From the NCBI GenBank assembly GCA_964016885.1, contig CAXHJY010000265.1:1-31075 (forward strand): a DNA stretch of 31,075 bases. The letters are read 5' to 3'. The notes beneath the pieces are model-generated. The model was not told the origin of the DNA and made no database searches. It worked only from the letters and a program-made list of their open reading frames with translations. This document shows positions 1-11,914 of the stretch, in pieces; the stretch's first letter is position 1, and every line of letters begins with the position of its first letter. The DNA is from Eledone cirrhosa (taxonomy: Eukaryota). The position numbers and the translations under genes were made by a program.

Positions 1-130
1 AGCATCATCACTATCACCTACGATGAAGAATAAAAAGATACCGCGATCATTGTTGCTGGTGAGGTATTCTACATGTGCTACTACATCGTAGTCGGTATCA
101 TTAAGGAACAGAGTGTTAGTAATAATAATT

Positions 131-242
131 GTTTTTACTTATGGCACAACACCAGCAATTACACCAGTACATTACTGGTACTTTATTTATTCAACCCGTA
201 AGGATGAAAGGCAAAGTTAACCTCAGCGGGATTTGAACTCAG
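131..242 (-). mobile_element. tRNA-derived SINE (Deu/Nin-domain type), 5'-truncated
   Basis: Reverse complement reads B-box GAGTTCAAATCCC followed by GAGGTTAACTTTGCCTTTCATCCTTACGGG...AAAGTACCAG, as in the copies at 5179, 11168 and 13307. Confidence 0.8.
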
Positions 243-444
243 TGTTAATAATAATGAGGAATAGGAACGAGGTATAAATATAGCATCATTATGTTTATTC
301 ACGTTTGAGGCACATTTCGCGATCGATCAGCTCAAGGTACGATAGGTACTGATCGGGCCCGATTCTGGAATAGATTCTGGAATAGATAGCAAATCAGACT
401 TGTGGATCCTCCCTGTCTCTTTCTCTTTCTCCACCCTCTCTCTA

Positions 445-475
<31 letters not shown>

Positions 476-769
476 CCCCCTCTCTCTCTATATATATATA
501 TGTATAATACAGTCCCAATTATCTAAGACATAACAGAGAAGCACACACAGACACACATTTTTATAATCATGGAAATTATTTATTCGCTTTTGTTTGTTTT
601 AAACTGTATACCATTCATCCAGTTCATATCCCCACTAGTTTATTTGTTATGACAACCGGTGAAATATCTATTTTGTGCCATAGATAGTCATTCATTCATT
701 TGATATAGATAGAGTCGCTGCGCGGTCGTTCAACTTACTAGAAATAGCATCTAACCTGTGGTTATTTAA

Positions 770-977
770 CCCTTTAGCATTTACTTTACTCTATATTTAC
801 TATTGTATTTTCATGGTAAACACTTTATTTCACATAATATCGAATCTATGAGATTTTAATATTGCTTATTTTGAGAACAATACCTTAACATCAGTATGAA
901 TGGCCGGTTACAGCCGGTTTGAACAGAAAGAGGTGAGAGAATTCTGGCCGAATATGGCCGGTTTAAATGCTAAAGAG
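770..977. mobile_element. piggyBac-type MITE
   Basis: TTAA at 766-769 and 978-981; 14-bp TIRs CCCTTTAGCATTTA / TAAATGCTAAAGAG (1 mismatch). Confidence 0.75.
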
Positions 978-1220
978 TTAAACGCTCTGTTAATCTCAGT
1001 TTCTGTAGTTCTAATGATCTGTAACGATGTTTACATCCCACCGTCTTAGAAAGTCGGATAGAATGATTTGAGGGTATCCCTTCCATACATGCTTAAGCAC
1101 AGGGCTCCGTTGACCATTTTTTCCTACCACCATTTTTTTTAACCTCTTTCAGGGCCCAAGTAAGGGCCCTCATAAACTTAACTAGCACAGAGCCTCATTT
1201 GTCCTAAATCTGGCACTGAC

Positions 1221-1296
1221 TCTGAGTTTAAATCTCGTCGATGTCAACCTTTCGAGGTTGATAAATAAAATATCAGTCTAGTATTGGAGTCGATTC
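1221..1296 (+). mobile_element. Degenerate Deu/Nin-type SINE fragment
   Basis: CTGAGTTTAAATC...TTCGAGGTTGATAAATAAAA...GTCGATT resembles the SINE body. Confidence 0.55.
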
Positions 1297-2377
1297 TTCC
1301 TTTATATCTCATCTCCTTCTCACTTTATCTCTCTTTCCCTCTCCTCTCTCACTTCCTCTAGACGATATCAGTTGTGTTCAGACATGGAGAGGGATGGGTT
1401 TTGTTAGGTTTGAGTACTCTAGACATGCCATATGACATGAAGGCTCCCTTCGAATCCATGAGGAGTTAAGGACCTAGACGTAAACGTACATACTTGTGAT
1501 ACAGAACGTAGTGAGATAGGCCAGCAGTAATCCTTATAAAAGTTTGTTGTGGTCTGCATCGAGCTTTCATGTGCTTCTGTGCTGCATGACGAAATTGAAA
1601 GTATTTACATTTGGTGGTTCATAAAGTTTTCCTCGTGAATTTTGCGGACTACTTTCTGAAAAAACATTGTGTATCATTTTTGTATACCATTGCTATTTCA
1701 GTTGTCTCGGCAGTGATTATTATAACGTACAGTTAGTCTCTGCTGGTGTAGTTCTAAATCTAATTTTGTGTAGTAAGTTTGTACTTTGTGTCAAGTACTA
1801 CATGTGTTTACATGATAAATAATGGTTAAATAACTTATAAAATGTTAAAAATAGCCATTACAAATGCTTCTCAGACACAGAGAATATCAAACAGAGGATC
1901 ATGGTTCTTCAAAGATTTGTGCTCAAAGATTTGTGCATTTCTAAAATTTCCTTAAAATAAACCATGCGTCTTGGAGGCCATTTGCACAGACCCTCCTTCT
2001 AACAAACCCACTGAAAAAGAATATGATCGTTCATCTATCATGTGAACTGATAGAATATCGATTAATTTATTCTAAATATTATTTGATAATACTGACGTTT
2101 AATAATAATCTATAATATTATCCTGCGTGTGTTCAAGTGTCACGGTTTTAACAATGAAATCAAAGACATAATTGAAATCTTTAAAGTAATGAAACAAGTG
2201 TAAGTGTTGCACTTTAAACAACCTTAACTATAGAAGGATGTTTAATACATACTCAAAATATTTCACAATATTTCACAATATTATGAAGTTACACAAATTC
2301 ATGCATCATGCATCAAAGTAGAAATAAAAATCGGATTTCCCAGGGGTTGTTGTTGGAGTTATATTTATTTGTAATAA

Positions 2378-2408
<31 letters not shown>

Positions 2409-2409
<1 letters not shown>

Positions 2410-2530
2410 ACGGAAGAAATGTGGTAAGGAACCAGGTGGACCATAACGCACCAAAGTACTCAATACTTAGGGTAGTAGAGTGGGTAATAGGAACGAGTAG
2501 GACCCCGACGGCTGAACTCAAGCCGTTTCG
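2409..2530 (-). mobile_element. (TA)n-flanked short element, family E (truncated, no inversion)
   Basis: Highly similar to 4184-4305; (TA)n on both sides. Confidence 0.7.
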
Positions 2531-2572
2531 TATATATATATATATATATATATATATAAGTATGTATATATC

Positions 2573-2925
2573 TACTTCAATGAAAAGAGAATGCCGGATT
2601 CCAGTATATTCCTTTAATGTTGCATACATACACAATACTATGGCCGACTTAAGTCATCAGATCATGATACAAGACATTCGGTGACGTCATCAGGTCTAAT
2701 TAACATAGAAGAAAAGATATGCAACATTAAATGAATATATTGGACTCCGGTCTTCTTTTTTCATTGAAGTATTTAACTCCGTTCCTGCACCAATCATGAG
2801 ATACTATACGTCTATGATAGATAAATCACATAACGCCAAGTACTTTTGCTTATTGCATCATGATCTGCTAATTAATATGACTAGATCTACACATTAGTTA
2901 AACCATCCAACATAAACGGAATATA
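2573..2925 (+). mobile_element. Diverged PLE-like inverted-repeat element related to family A
   Basis: IR 2573-2626 / 2718-2771; tail ATTTAACTCCGTTCCTGCACCA resembles ATTTAACTCCGTACTAGCACCA at 16832; degenerate minus-strand CTGATGA core near 2687-2693. Confidence 0.55.
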
Positions 2926-3221
2926 TGAGAATGAAGAACTCAGAGCTGTACGGGAGCCTCCCAAAAGTCAGCTCGAGAGTAACACAGAGGAGACTGAAGT
3001 TAGCTGGACATACTCACCGACATCCAGAGTTGGCACTGCACTCAGTGCTCCTGTGGGAGCCCCTGCATCGACACACTAGAAGAGGCAGACCGAGGTTGAC
3101 ATATATGTTGATGCCCCTAAAGACAAACACTGGTCTCTTGGAGATGCAGGACATGGCAGCGATGATGAGGGGCAGAGACCACTGGAGAGAACTCATCCAT
3201 GGATCTCGGGAATTTTACTCG

Positions 3222-3222
<1 letters not shown>
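2925..3222 (+). pseudogene. 3' end of an RTE-clade LINE ORF (post-RT C-terminal region)
   Basis: Translation ELYGSLPKVSSRVTQRRLKLAGH..RHPE...LLWEP...RRGRPRLTY...DHWR matches the typical RTE C-terminal pattern; frameshifted; ends at (TA)n. Confidence 0.75.
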
Positions 3223-3259
<37 letters not shown>

Positions 3260-3840
3260 GCACGCGCGCGCGTGTGCATGAATCTATGAATGTATACTTG
3301 TATGTATGCATCGAGGAGGCCAAAATCGATTGCTACCTGTTCTTCCTCTGGATTACTTTCACATGTGTTGTGATGAAGAGGGAACTGTGATATGGATAAC
3401 AATTCAACCAAAATACTGCTCTCTTCTAGGCATGTAATTCACACCTATGTAGCCCTTTGGTACCGAAGGATACGTGACGAAGTACTTACAGCCAAAGCTC
3501 AAATATTCTCAATCACACATGTGTATATTGACGTTTGTAAAACGATTTACTGAGCTTTTTCACCCAGACATTATAATCACCCCACCCCTGTTATTTTGTC
3601 TCAAATAACATTCCTCAATTTCGATCAATGTCCGAGATTTGTGCAAACTAGATATGACATATCTTTCTACCAGAACTCCAGCCGGCAGGTAGTAACAGTA
3701 ATAGAAAGACTAATGAAAACACCGTTTCCTTGATCCGATATGCTGATCCATTCCTTTCCATTTTCCCAAGGATACCAATCATAATCATGGAAATCTTTTA
3801 TAGTTTCATTCTCATCTAGTATGCTTTACAGAAATATTAT

Positions 3841-3990
3841 ATCGACTCAGTACTTGATTGGTACTTTATTTTATCGACCTCGGAAGGATGAAAAGCAAAG
3901 TTAATTACACCCTTATATGAACTAAGAACGTGCCGAAGTCAATTCTGGCGTTTTATCTGACACTGTGAAAATTCTTTCAATTCATCACCT
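3841..3990 (-). mobile_element. Degenerate Deu/Nin-type SINE
   Basis: GGTACTTTATTTTATCGACCTCGGAAGGATGAAAAGCAAAG is the reverse complement of the SINE core. Confidence 0.7.
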
Positions 3991-4148
3991 GAGTAACTTG
4001 AATCAAAGTTGGTTCATTAAAAATAACACCAGTTAGAGGGAGGGTGATGATATGTGTTGTCGTAAGCACGTATGTTTACTATAAATATTTATAGTTTGTG
4101 TTTATTGACTAAGTTCTCTATATCGACATATAGATACGCACGCACGCG

Positions 4149-4180
<32 letters not shown>

Positions 4181-4183
4181 CAT

Positions 4184-4356
4184 AACGAAGGAAATGTGGT
4201 AAGGAACCAGATGGACCATAACGCACCAGAGTACTCAATACTTAGGGTAGTAGCGTGGGTAATAGGAAAACGTATGACTCCGACGGCAGAGCTCAAACCG
4301 TTTCGAAGCCGTCGAAACGGCTTGAGCTCTGCCGTCGGGGTCATACTTTTTCCTAT
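4184..4356 (-). mobile_element. (TA)n-flanked tail-plus-hairpin element, family E
   Basis: Unique tail 4184-4261, then IR 4262-4306 / 4312-4356; TA repeats on both sides; second copy at 2409. Confidence 0.7.
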
Positions 4357-4445
4357 ATATATATATAACACAAGCTTCAAGTTTAAAGAAATATCTAACT
4401 GTTAGACACCTGTTGATGTACACGAATACATCCCCCTCATATATA

Positions 4446-4854
4446 CAGTTGTCCCCCGGTATTCGCGGGGGTTATGTACCTAGAGCACCCACGAAGTTTG
4501 AAAAACCGCGAATATCAAACGTGGTCTATAAAAATTCATATAAACCTCAAAATATAACGTAAAATATAATAAAAAAAAGAGAAGGAGCGTCATATGCGAA
4601 GGGGCGTCCAGTAGACTGGCAAATATGGTATAGTATTATTAATAATTTAGCGTTAAAAAAATATACATTGCCATGAAAAAAGCCATTAAAAAATCGTGGA
4701 AGATATTTACGACTCCATGAATATGCGGTGGTTTCCACGAATAATTACAACAATTATAAGGAAAATTCCACGAATAATTATAACAATTATAAGGAAAATT
4801 CCGCAAATAACTGGGACCGCGAATGCCGGAACTGCGAATGTTGGCGGTACACTA
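4446..4854. mobile_element. Tigger/pogo-like (Tc1/mariner superfamily) MITE
   Basis: TA|CAGTTGTCCCCCGGTATTCGCG left end; degenerate right TIR GCGAATGTTGGCGGTACACTA|TA; subterminal CCGCGAAT repeats; internal 33-bp tandem duplication at 4733-4798. Confidence 0.65.
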
Positions 4855-5178
4855 TATATATACCACCCACAAGCAAATGCAATTATACATAATCACAGTT
4901 GTTGTTTAGCAGTAGGTCAGCCATTATGGTTAAATATATTTCATCCATGACCATCAGATATAGAGTAACTAAAACTCTCTGTGTTCTGTTTAAAAAGACA
5001 GGAGGGAGTGATTTGTATGAAACTAGATGCTACCTTTGGCAGGCAAAGTGATCACACACACACACACACATAAACACACACACTCACAGACACACACACA
5101 CACAGATAAACACATACACACACATTCTCTTTCTCTCTCTTCGGATCCCCTTTCTCCCTCGTGTTATATATATATAGA

Positions 5179-5310
5179 GTTACGGCCCTTGCCATTCTGA
5201 GTTCAAATCCCGCCGAGGTTAACTTTGCCTTTCATCCTTACGGGGTCGATAAAATAAAGTACCAGTAATACACTGGGTATTTGCTGGCCTTGTGCCTAAC
5301 GTAGAAACAG

Positions 5311-5312
<2 letters not shown>
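5179..5312 (+). mobile_element. Deu/Nin-type SINE, 5'-truncated
   Basis: B-box plus core plus TTGCTGGCCTTGTGCC...AGAAAC tail; nearly identical to 11220-11352. Confidence 0.8.
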
Positions 5313-5377
<65 letters not shown>

Positions 5378-5400
5378 CGTGTGTGTGTGTGTGTGTGTGT

Positions 5401-5435
5401 GCCTGAAGATTGCGAAAGCATGAAAGTACTTGTTC
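5401..5435 (+). ncRNA. Minimal hammerhead-like motif (stem I disrupted)
   Basis: CTGAAGA(5403) - T-TGC-GAAA-GCA-T - GAAA - GTAC palindromic loop - TT; 5' side abuts (TG)n. Confidence 0.5.
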
Positions 5436-5580
5436 AATTAACACTTAACATTTAATATTCTACCATACTATTTCATTCTAATACCATTATACATTTTAAA
5501 GGATGGTAAATAAAACGAGTAAATCAGACAAAGTTGGAATTCCTTTTATTAATATATATATATATATATATATATATAGT

Positions 5581-5790
5581 AATAATAATAAATTTGAAGA
5601 CTAAAATCCAAAGAGGGCTCGATAAGGATAAATATATATCAAATATATAAGAACCGTAGAGCAAATATTTATTAAAATAACAGATTAAAGTTTAAGCAAA
5701 GAATCGGTGCTTTCACCCTTAACGGGATCTTCTGAGTTTCAGAAGATCCCGTTAAGGGTGAAAGCAGCGATTCTTTGCTTAAACTTTAAT
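5581..5790 (-). mobile_element. (TA)n-flanked tail-plus-hairpin element, family B
   Basis: IR 5684-5735 / 5739-5790; tail 5581-5683; rearranged copy at 27798-27892. Confidence 0.7.
5735..5785 (+). ncRNA. Type I hammerhead variant with U4A core
   Basis: AGTTT-CAGAAGA-T CCC GTTAA GGG T-GAAA-GCAG cgattct TTGC-TT-AAACT: stems I, II and III all pair. Confidence 0.5.
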
Positions 5791-5802
5791 ATATATATAT
5801 AT

Positions 5803-6029
5803 AAAGTATTTCCGAAGAAAAAGTAAAGGAAAAAGAGTGTTCTATGTATAAAACAGAGCTATTTAATTAGAAAGTAAACAACACAATATATAACTACTCC
5901 ATTACCAAAGGTTTTAGGACCCTAGACAGTATTAACATACGTCTCGTTCGTATATTAATATTGTCTAGGGTCCTGAAACCTTTGGTAATGGAGTAGTTAT
6001 ATATTGTGTGATTTACTCTCTAATTAAAT
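5803..6029 (-). mobile_element. (TA)n-flanked tail-plus-hairpin element, family C
   Basis: ~81-bp IR 5861-5941 / 5949-6029; tail 5803-5860; contains a possible HHR 3' half GAAA-CC TTT GG-TA (5975-5987). Confidence 0.65.
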
Positions 6030-6046
6030 GAATATATATATATATA

Positions 6047-7070
6047 CTAGCATTAAAGCCCGGCGTTGCTCGGGGTCAGTAAGTTACCAAAGTTAGGTTG
6101 CACCACCCATTTTATGGCAGCACTTTTTTGTCTGCCAGGCACTGGGTGAATGAATTGCAGACCTGGACTGCCGAAGCAGGAGCTGCGCCAGCAGTGACAA
6201 TTGTAGTTTCGCCTATGGATATTATCTCTGTACAAAGAAGTGTTGACATTTATTGTTTCACAGTACTTGCACAACACGCGCGTAGACAATGCCAGCCGAA
6301 CAACAGAGCTGCGATGGAGTTGTTCTGCATGGTTGTCTAATGTGTGTTTTCTAAATTTAAGACAGTAGGGAGGGGTGTGATATGGGGGAGAGTTAGCTGC
6401 TGTTTCTAGCAGGTTTAGTGACCTCATAGAGGATATGTTTTCTAAATTTAAGACAGTAGGGAGTGGTGTGATATGGGGGAGAGTTAGTTGCTGTTTCTAG
6501 CAGGTTTAGTGACCTCATAGAGGATATTATTGTGTATAGTAAATTAACTGATACTTCTTTCTCCTACGTTCGTTGATAGATGTTTTAAAAAAGATTTATC
6601 GCTATTTTTTTTGTTGTTGAATAAATTTATCAGTTGCTTTTGAATAATTGTTGTTTCGTATGAAATGTAATAAGTTCTCTTTGTCATTGAAGTAAATAAA
6701 TGTTTAGCGTTCTACACTCAAAAACAAACTTCACTCTCTCTCTCTCCCTCTCACTCTCTCTCTCTTAAAGTTTGTAAGTTTAATCGTATTTCAGAGAAAA
6801 TTGCAGCATGTATGTAGTTTTATCGAATTTTAAGAGAGAGTAATCAGATTGTATTAGAGGGGTAAAGCGTCATGTATTTAGTTTTATCGATTATTTCCGT
6901 AATTGTTGGTGAGTTTGAATAAAATAAATAGTTGCTGACCTAAGTTAGACCATTTACAACATTCTTACAGACTTTGAGTCGAATCGGTTTGAAATTGTGC
7001 AAATGTATAAACATGGAACATGCACACACACACACAACAACAACAACAATCTGCCTTTTATAGATAATGA
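6047..7070 (-). mobile_element. Non-autonomous Helitron
   Basis: Minus-strand 3' end CCCCGAGCAACGCCGGGCTTTAATGCTAG (hairpin + CTAG); 5' TC start at 7064 or 7070; internal 91-bp tandem duplication 6345-6526. Confidence 0.75.
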
Positions 7071-7092
7071 TATATATATATATATATATATA

Positions 7093-8277
7093 CTAGCAGC
7101 AGTACCCAGCGTTGCCTGGGTAGGTAAAATAATATCTGTTTTGATGAAAAGGTGTTGATCTTAGCGACTGCTTCTCGATGACTCATCTATGGCCAAAGAC
7201 AGACCATGCGGGGGAGGGTGGTGATGATGTCTATCACTGAGAAACGCGGGTGACTGACGAAGGGGCAAGCTGAGGGAGGGAGGTAATGACCTTTAACACT
7301 AAGCCAAATTTCCTCACGCTACTTGATTGGAAACCGATGAATTCTCAAATACACAACTAAAAGTTCAGACGACGTCAGTGGCCATCATTTTGCCTTTGAC
7401 CATCTATAAGATGTGCAATGATAGGTTCTATCGTAGTATAAAAATTGAACCAAATAAATTGATTTATGTGTGAGGTGGAGACGAAGTTTTGAATTTGAAC
7501 GAAATCGGTTGAAAAATGTGGGAGCTAATGATAGGTCGCCGTCCCTGAACAAAAAATGCAAAGTGTAAAGCTACTATAAGATGTGCAATGATAGGTTCTA
7601 TCGTAGTATAAAAGTTGAACCAAATAAATTGATTTATGCGTGAGGTGGAGCCGAAGTTTCGAATTTGAACGAAATCGGTTGAAAAATGTGGAAGCTAGAG
7701 TCGAAAAGGCGGAAATTTGAGCAAAAAGGTGGTATTTTCGAACATTTAAGCGGCTGCCACGCCGTTTCTGAACAAAAAATCCGAACTGTAAAGCCATTTT
7801 AAGACGTGAAATAATCAGATCTAGCGTAGTGTAAAATTTGAACAAAGTAGGTTGATTAATGTGGGAGCTAGGGCCGAAAAAGGGGAAATTTGAGTCTAAA
7901 AGTAGTATTTTTGAATATTTAAGCGGCTGCCACGCCGTCCCTGAACAACAAATGAAAAATATAAAGCCATTACAGGATGTGCAATGCTAAATTCTATTTT
8001 GCTTTAAAATTTGAACGAAATCGGTGGTAAAATGTGGGAGCTACAACCAAAAATCTTATTTTTCGATACCTAAAAAAAGGTGACCCACCCTATCGATTTT
8101 TAGCTGCAGAATGACCCCGGAATAAAAAAAAAACGATACGCTGATATATAGAAAACACTCCCCGATAACTAATCTATGAGCCTGTAAAGTTTCATGAAAA
8201 TCGGTCGTAAGATGTAGGCCCCTATAGGTAATACACAGACACACACACACACATACTTAATTTTATATATATACAGA
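7093..8277 (-). mobile_element. Non-autonomous Helitron with internal ~170-bp tandem repeats
   Basis: Minus-strand 5' TCTGTATATATATAAAA; 3' CCCAGGCAACGCTGGG hairpin + CTAG; A|T insertion; repeated TTTGAACGAAATCGGT...AATGTGG units at 7405-8045. Confidence 0.8.
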
Positions 8278-8515
8278 TATATAAAACTGTAACTAAGACC
8301 ATACATGCCTCAAATAGAATATAAACAAATCTAAATCTCATCCATGTTATCCACGAATCAAAGCAAATGCGAATCACAACCCTGCATTCCACAATACCTT
8401 TAAAACCGTACTGCATTAGCCATAAATTAAATTCAAACAGGCACAGCTCTTTTAGTCAAACAATAACCCGACACAAACACCGACACACACACAGACACAT
8501 GTGTGTGTCTGTGTG

Positions 8516-8554
<39 letters not shown>

Positions 8555-8560
8555 ACACAC

Positions 8561-8715
<155 letters not shown>

Positions 8716-8718
8716 TAT

Positions 8719-9345
8719 AAACGGAAAAAATGAAACGAAATTTCATTTCATATATACATGCACACATATATATATGTACGTATGGATTCACCGAACATTT
8801 ATTATAATGCTCGGTGTGTTTGTAAACAAACATCCCGTATTAAGCCGTAGTACATATATATATGTGTGCATGTATGTATATATGTATACATACTACTGTA
8901 CGTCTGTATACGTATATGTATGTACGTGTACATACCTATATTTAAGTAACAGCCGTACTAAGAGTGGGAAATGAAATTTCGTTTCATTTTTTCCGTTTAT
9001 CGTTTTCTGTGCACCCGGCCGATTAACCCACTCGATATGCAAATTGGGCTACTCAGCCATTAATATGCATAAGGTAAGTATATACGTTCAACAATCTGGC
9101 AGGAAGGTATACGTTGCTGACGATAGCTAATAAGCTTGAAACTAGTACAGCGTTCCTTTGTCATTGTTGAACAAACGAGCAACGATGGTTGCTAGACACT
9201 ACGGCTTAATACGGGATGTTTGTTTACAAACACACCGAGCATTATAATAAATGTTCGGTGAATCCATACGTACATATATATATGTGTGCATGTATGTATA
9301 TATATATACATACTACTGTACGTCTGTATTCATATATGTATGTAC

Positions 9346-9354
<9 letters not shown>
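8719..9354. mobile_element. Family D retrozyme/PLE-pLTR-like element, inverted configuration
   Basis: Minus segment 8719-8850 joined to plus segment 8851-9354; homologous to the 26281-27718 units; (TA)n flanks. Confidence 0.8.
9111..9153 (+). ncRNA. Minimal type I hammerhead ribozyme (family D)
   Basis: ACGTTG-CTGACGA-T AGCT AATA AGCT T-GAAA-CTAG-TA-CAGCGT; 6-bp stem I, palindromic loop 3, GUA cleavage triplet. Confidence 0.85.
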
Positions 9355-9382
<28 letters not shown>

Positions 9383-9384
<2 letters not shown>

Positions 9385-9656
9385 CAAAGAGATGCTTAAT
9401 TTGTTGGTTATTCAACAAATTTATTTATAACAGATTCGAAGCACTCTATAGATTTCTGGAGTATAACATCAATGATATTAATAACATCCAAACTGAACCT
9501 GAACCGATAAGGTCTGGTTTCTTGGGTATGTCACCATTTATAAAACAAATTTTATATTTTATCTGATGAGGGCGTATCAAAATTTTGGTACCCTTGAAAT
9601 ATATGTAATAAAATAAATATGGTTTTATAAATATTGTTTCCATTTATTAATATCAT

Positions 9657-9660
<4 letters not shown>
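9383..9660. mobile_element. Family F PLE-like element (minus tail + inverted HHR segment)
   Basis: Tail homologous to 22035-22122; 17-bp IR 9468-9484 / 9644-9660; (TA)n flanks. Confidence 0.7.
9555..9615 (+). ncRNA. Type I hammerhead ribozyme (family F)
   Basis: TATTTTAT-CTGATGA-stem II (GGG..TATCAA/TTGGTA..CCC)-GAAA-T ATAT G-TA-ATAAAATA; 8-bp stem I. Confidence 0.8.
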
Positions 9661-9738
<78 letters not shown>

Positions 9739-9741
9739 ATG

Positions 9742-9772
<31 letters not shown>

Positions 9773-9926
9773 ATAAGTATGTACACGTACATACATATAT
9801 GTATACCGACGTACAGTAGTATGTATATATATATATACATACATGCACACATATATATATGCACGTATGGATTCACCGAACATTTATTATAATGCTCGGT
9901 GAAATATCGTTTCATTTTTTCCGTTT
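9773..9926. mobile_element. Short inverted family D fragment
   Basis: Minus segment AAGTATGTACAC...TGCTCGGT joined to the plus-strand 3' tail TCGTTTCATTTTTTCCGTTT, then (AT)n. Confidence 0.75.
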
Positions 9927-9944
9927 ATATATATATATATATAC

Positions 9945-9986
<42 letters not shown>

Positions 9987-10152
9987 TGTATATATACATA
10001 TATATATAATATATATATATATATATCTGTATATATACATATATATATAATATATATATATATATATCTGTATATATACATATATATATAATATATATAT
10101 ATATATATCTGTATATATACATATATATATAATATATATATATATATATCTG

Positions 10153-10185
<33 letters not shown>

Positions 10186-10238
10186 TATATATATCTGTAT
10201 ATATACATATATATATAATATATATATATATATATAAT

Positions 10239-10286
<48 letters not shown>

Positions 10287-10295
10287 TATATATAT
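9927..10295. repeat. (TA)n-based minisatellite with higher-order unit
   Basis: Recurring ATCTGTATATATACATATATATATA(A)(TA)n unit of ~40 bp. Confidence 0.85.
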
Positions 10296-10985
10296 AAAGA
10301 AAAAAGACAAAACGGTCACAACTGAGACATTTTGATCTTACGTCTGCCTAATCAAGCATGACTTGGGTTTAGACAACAAATCTACGACGACACAACACGA
10401 CCCATCTAACTTCTCCTTGCAATCGGCGAGTTCAGTATTTGTTGTAGTTTCTGGCTTATGAAATATCCAGTTTACTGTGAAGATGATACACTGGCAAACT
10501 AAAATAATATAAGTAGGTTAGTATTATGTTACCCATGTGTAAGTTGATAGCGTAACTGAGCAATGTAAAGCAAGACGACTGATCAAGACTAAACCATACA
10601 AATCATTGTAAAACATTGGAATGGTATGGAATTTATATATATATATAAATTCCATACCATTCCAATGTTTTACAATGATTTGTATGGTTTAGTCTTGATC
10701 AGTCGTCTTGCTTTACATTGCTCAGTTACGCTATCAACTTACACATGGGTAACATAATACTAACCTACTTATATTATTTTAGTTTGCCAGTGTATCATCT
10801 TCACAGTAAACTGGATATTTCATAAGCCAGAAACTACAACAAACACTGAACTCGCCGATTGCAAGGAGAAGTTAGATGGGTCGTGTTGTGTCGTCGTAGA
10901 TTTTTTGTCTAAACCCAAGTCATGCTTGATTAGGCAGACGTAAGATCAAAATGTCTCAGTTGTGACCGTTTTGTCTTTTTTCTTT
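10296..10985. repeat. 690-bp near-perfect palindrome centred on (TA)n
   Basis: 345-bp arms with ~2 mismatches; centre ATTTATATAT|ATATATAAAT at 10640/10641. Confidence 0.95.
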
Positions 10986-11167
10986 TCAGACATAGTATAT
11001 CGTAGGAGTCCATTACTAAATGCGTTCTTGCTTTTGAAAGCTAATAGGGTGTGATTTGAAGTTAACGTGTCTGTTATTTCTAGCAAGTTAGGTCAAGCGA
11101 CCACATAGAGGCCCCTTTATTGACTTACGAGGTTAGTCTCAGTTGTTGTGGTTAATATTTAACCATA

Positions 11168-11353
11168 GGTGGATTGGCAGTATCGGTAGAGGGTCGAACG
11201 CCATGCTTTGCAGCAAAGCGTTACGGCCCTTGCCATTCTGAGTTCAAATCCCACCGAGGTTAACTTTGCCTTTCATCCTTACGGGGTCGATAAAATAAAG
11301 TATCAGTAATACACTGGGATAATTGCTGGCCTTGTGCCAAAAGTAGAAACAAA
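11168..11353 (+). mobile_element. Full-length Deu/Nin-type tRNA SINE
   Basis: A-box TGGCAGTATCGG, B-box GAGTTCAAATCC, core CTTTGCCTTTCATCCTTACGGGGTCGATAAAATAAAG. Confidence 0.85.
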
Positions 11354-11360
11354 TATTTAA

Positions 11361-11610
11361 CCGGCGGTGAATTGGCAGAGTAGTGAGAGCGTTTAATAAA
11401 TGCTTTGTAGTAGTTGCTCCGGCTTTTTACATTCTGAATTATACAAACCTGCTGATATGAAATTTGCTTTCACCATTCCAAGGTTGATACAATAATGTAC
11501 CAGTCAAGTCCTGGGATCGATATAATCGATCACCCCCTCCCCACAAAAGACAACAACAAAAAACAACAACAACAACAACTGTTGGGCTTATGCCACAATT
11601 AGAAACCAAT
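11361..11610 (+). mobile_element. Older Deu/Nin-type SINE, tandem to the previous copy
   Basis: GGCGGTGAATTGGCAGAG head, degenerate core, GCCACAATTAGAAAC tail. Confidence 0.7.
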
Positions 11611-11914
11611 ATTTAACCCCAGGTCAACCTTAACACCCAACAGATATATGATCAAACACATGCCAGCCGTGCCCACGCCGTCTATTTTGGGGGTATTTAG
11701 GACTCCATTATTTAATGCCTCCTTTCCTTATACAAGATGGCGGAGTGTGATTTCAGTGAGATTTGGCTGCTACTTCTTGCAGGTCGATCGGTAGAACGTT
11801 CATCAGAATATATTTGAAAGGATGAAACACAATATGTATCAACGGTTAAATATAGGACATGTGTTTATTTGTTGCACTGGGTAATTGCTGGCCTTGTGCC
11901 TAAAGTAGAAACAA

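Noticed and set aside
1560-1670. Possible minus-strand host exon after a TTTTTTTCAG acceptor-like site
   Set aside because: Short reading frames with early stops, no recognisable protein and no partner exons
6053-6427. 124-aa and 80-aa ORFs within the Helitron as a possible captured gene
   Set aside because: No recognisable domain; overlaps repeat-derived sequence
7255-7285. CTGACGA core-like motif
   Set aside because: No downstream GAAA or helices
10296-10985. Palindrome as a foldback transposon or HHR element
   Set aside because: No TSD, tail architecture or ribozyme core found; kept only as a palindrome
11168-11250. tRNA gene-like A/B boxes
   Set aside because: No cloverleaf; these are SINE heads
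11770-11810. Minus-strand CTGATGA
   Set aside because: No properly placed GAAA or stems
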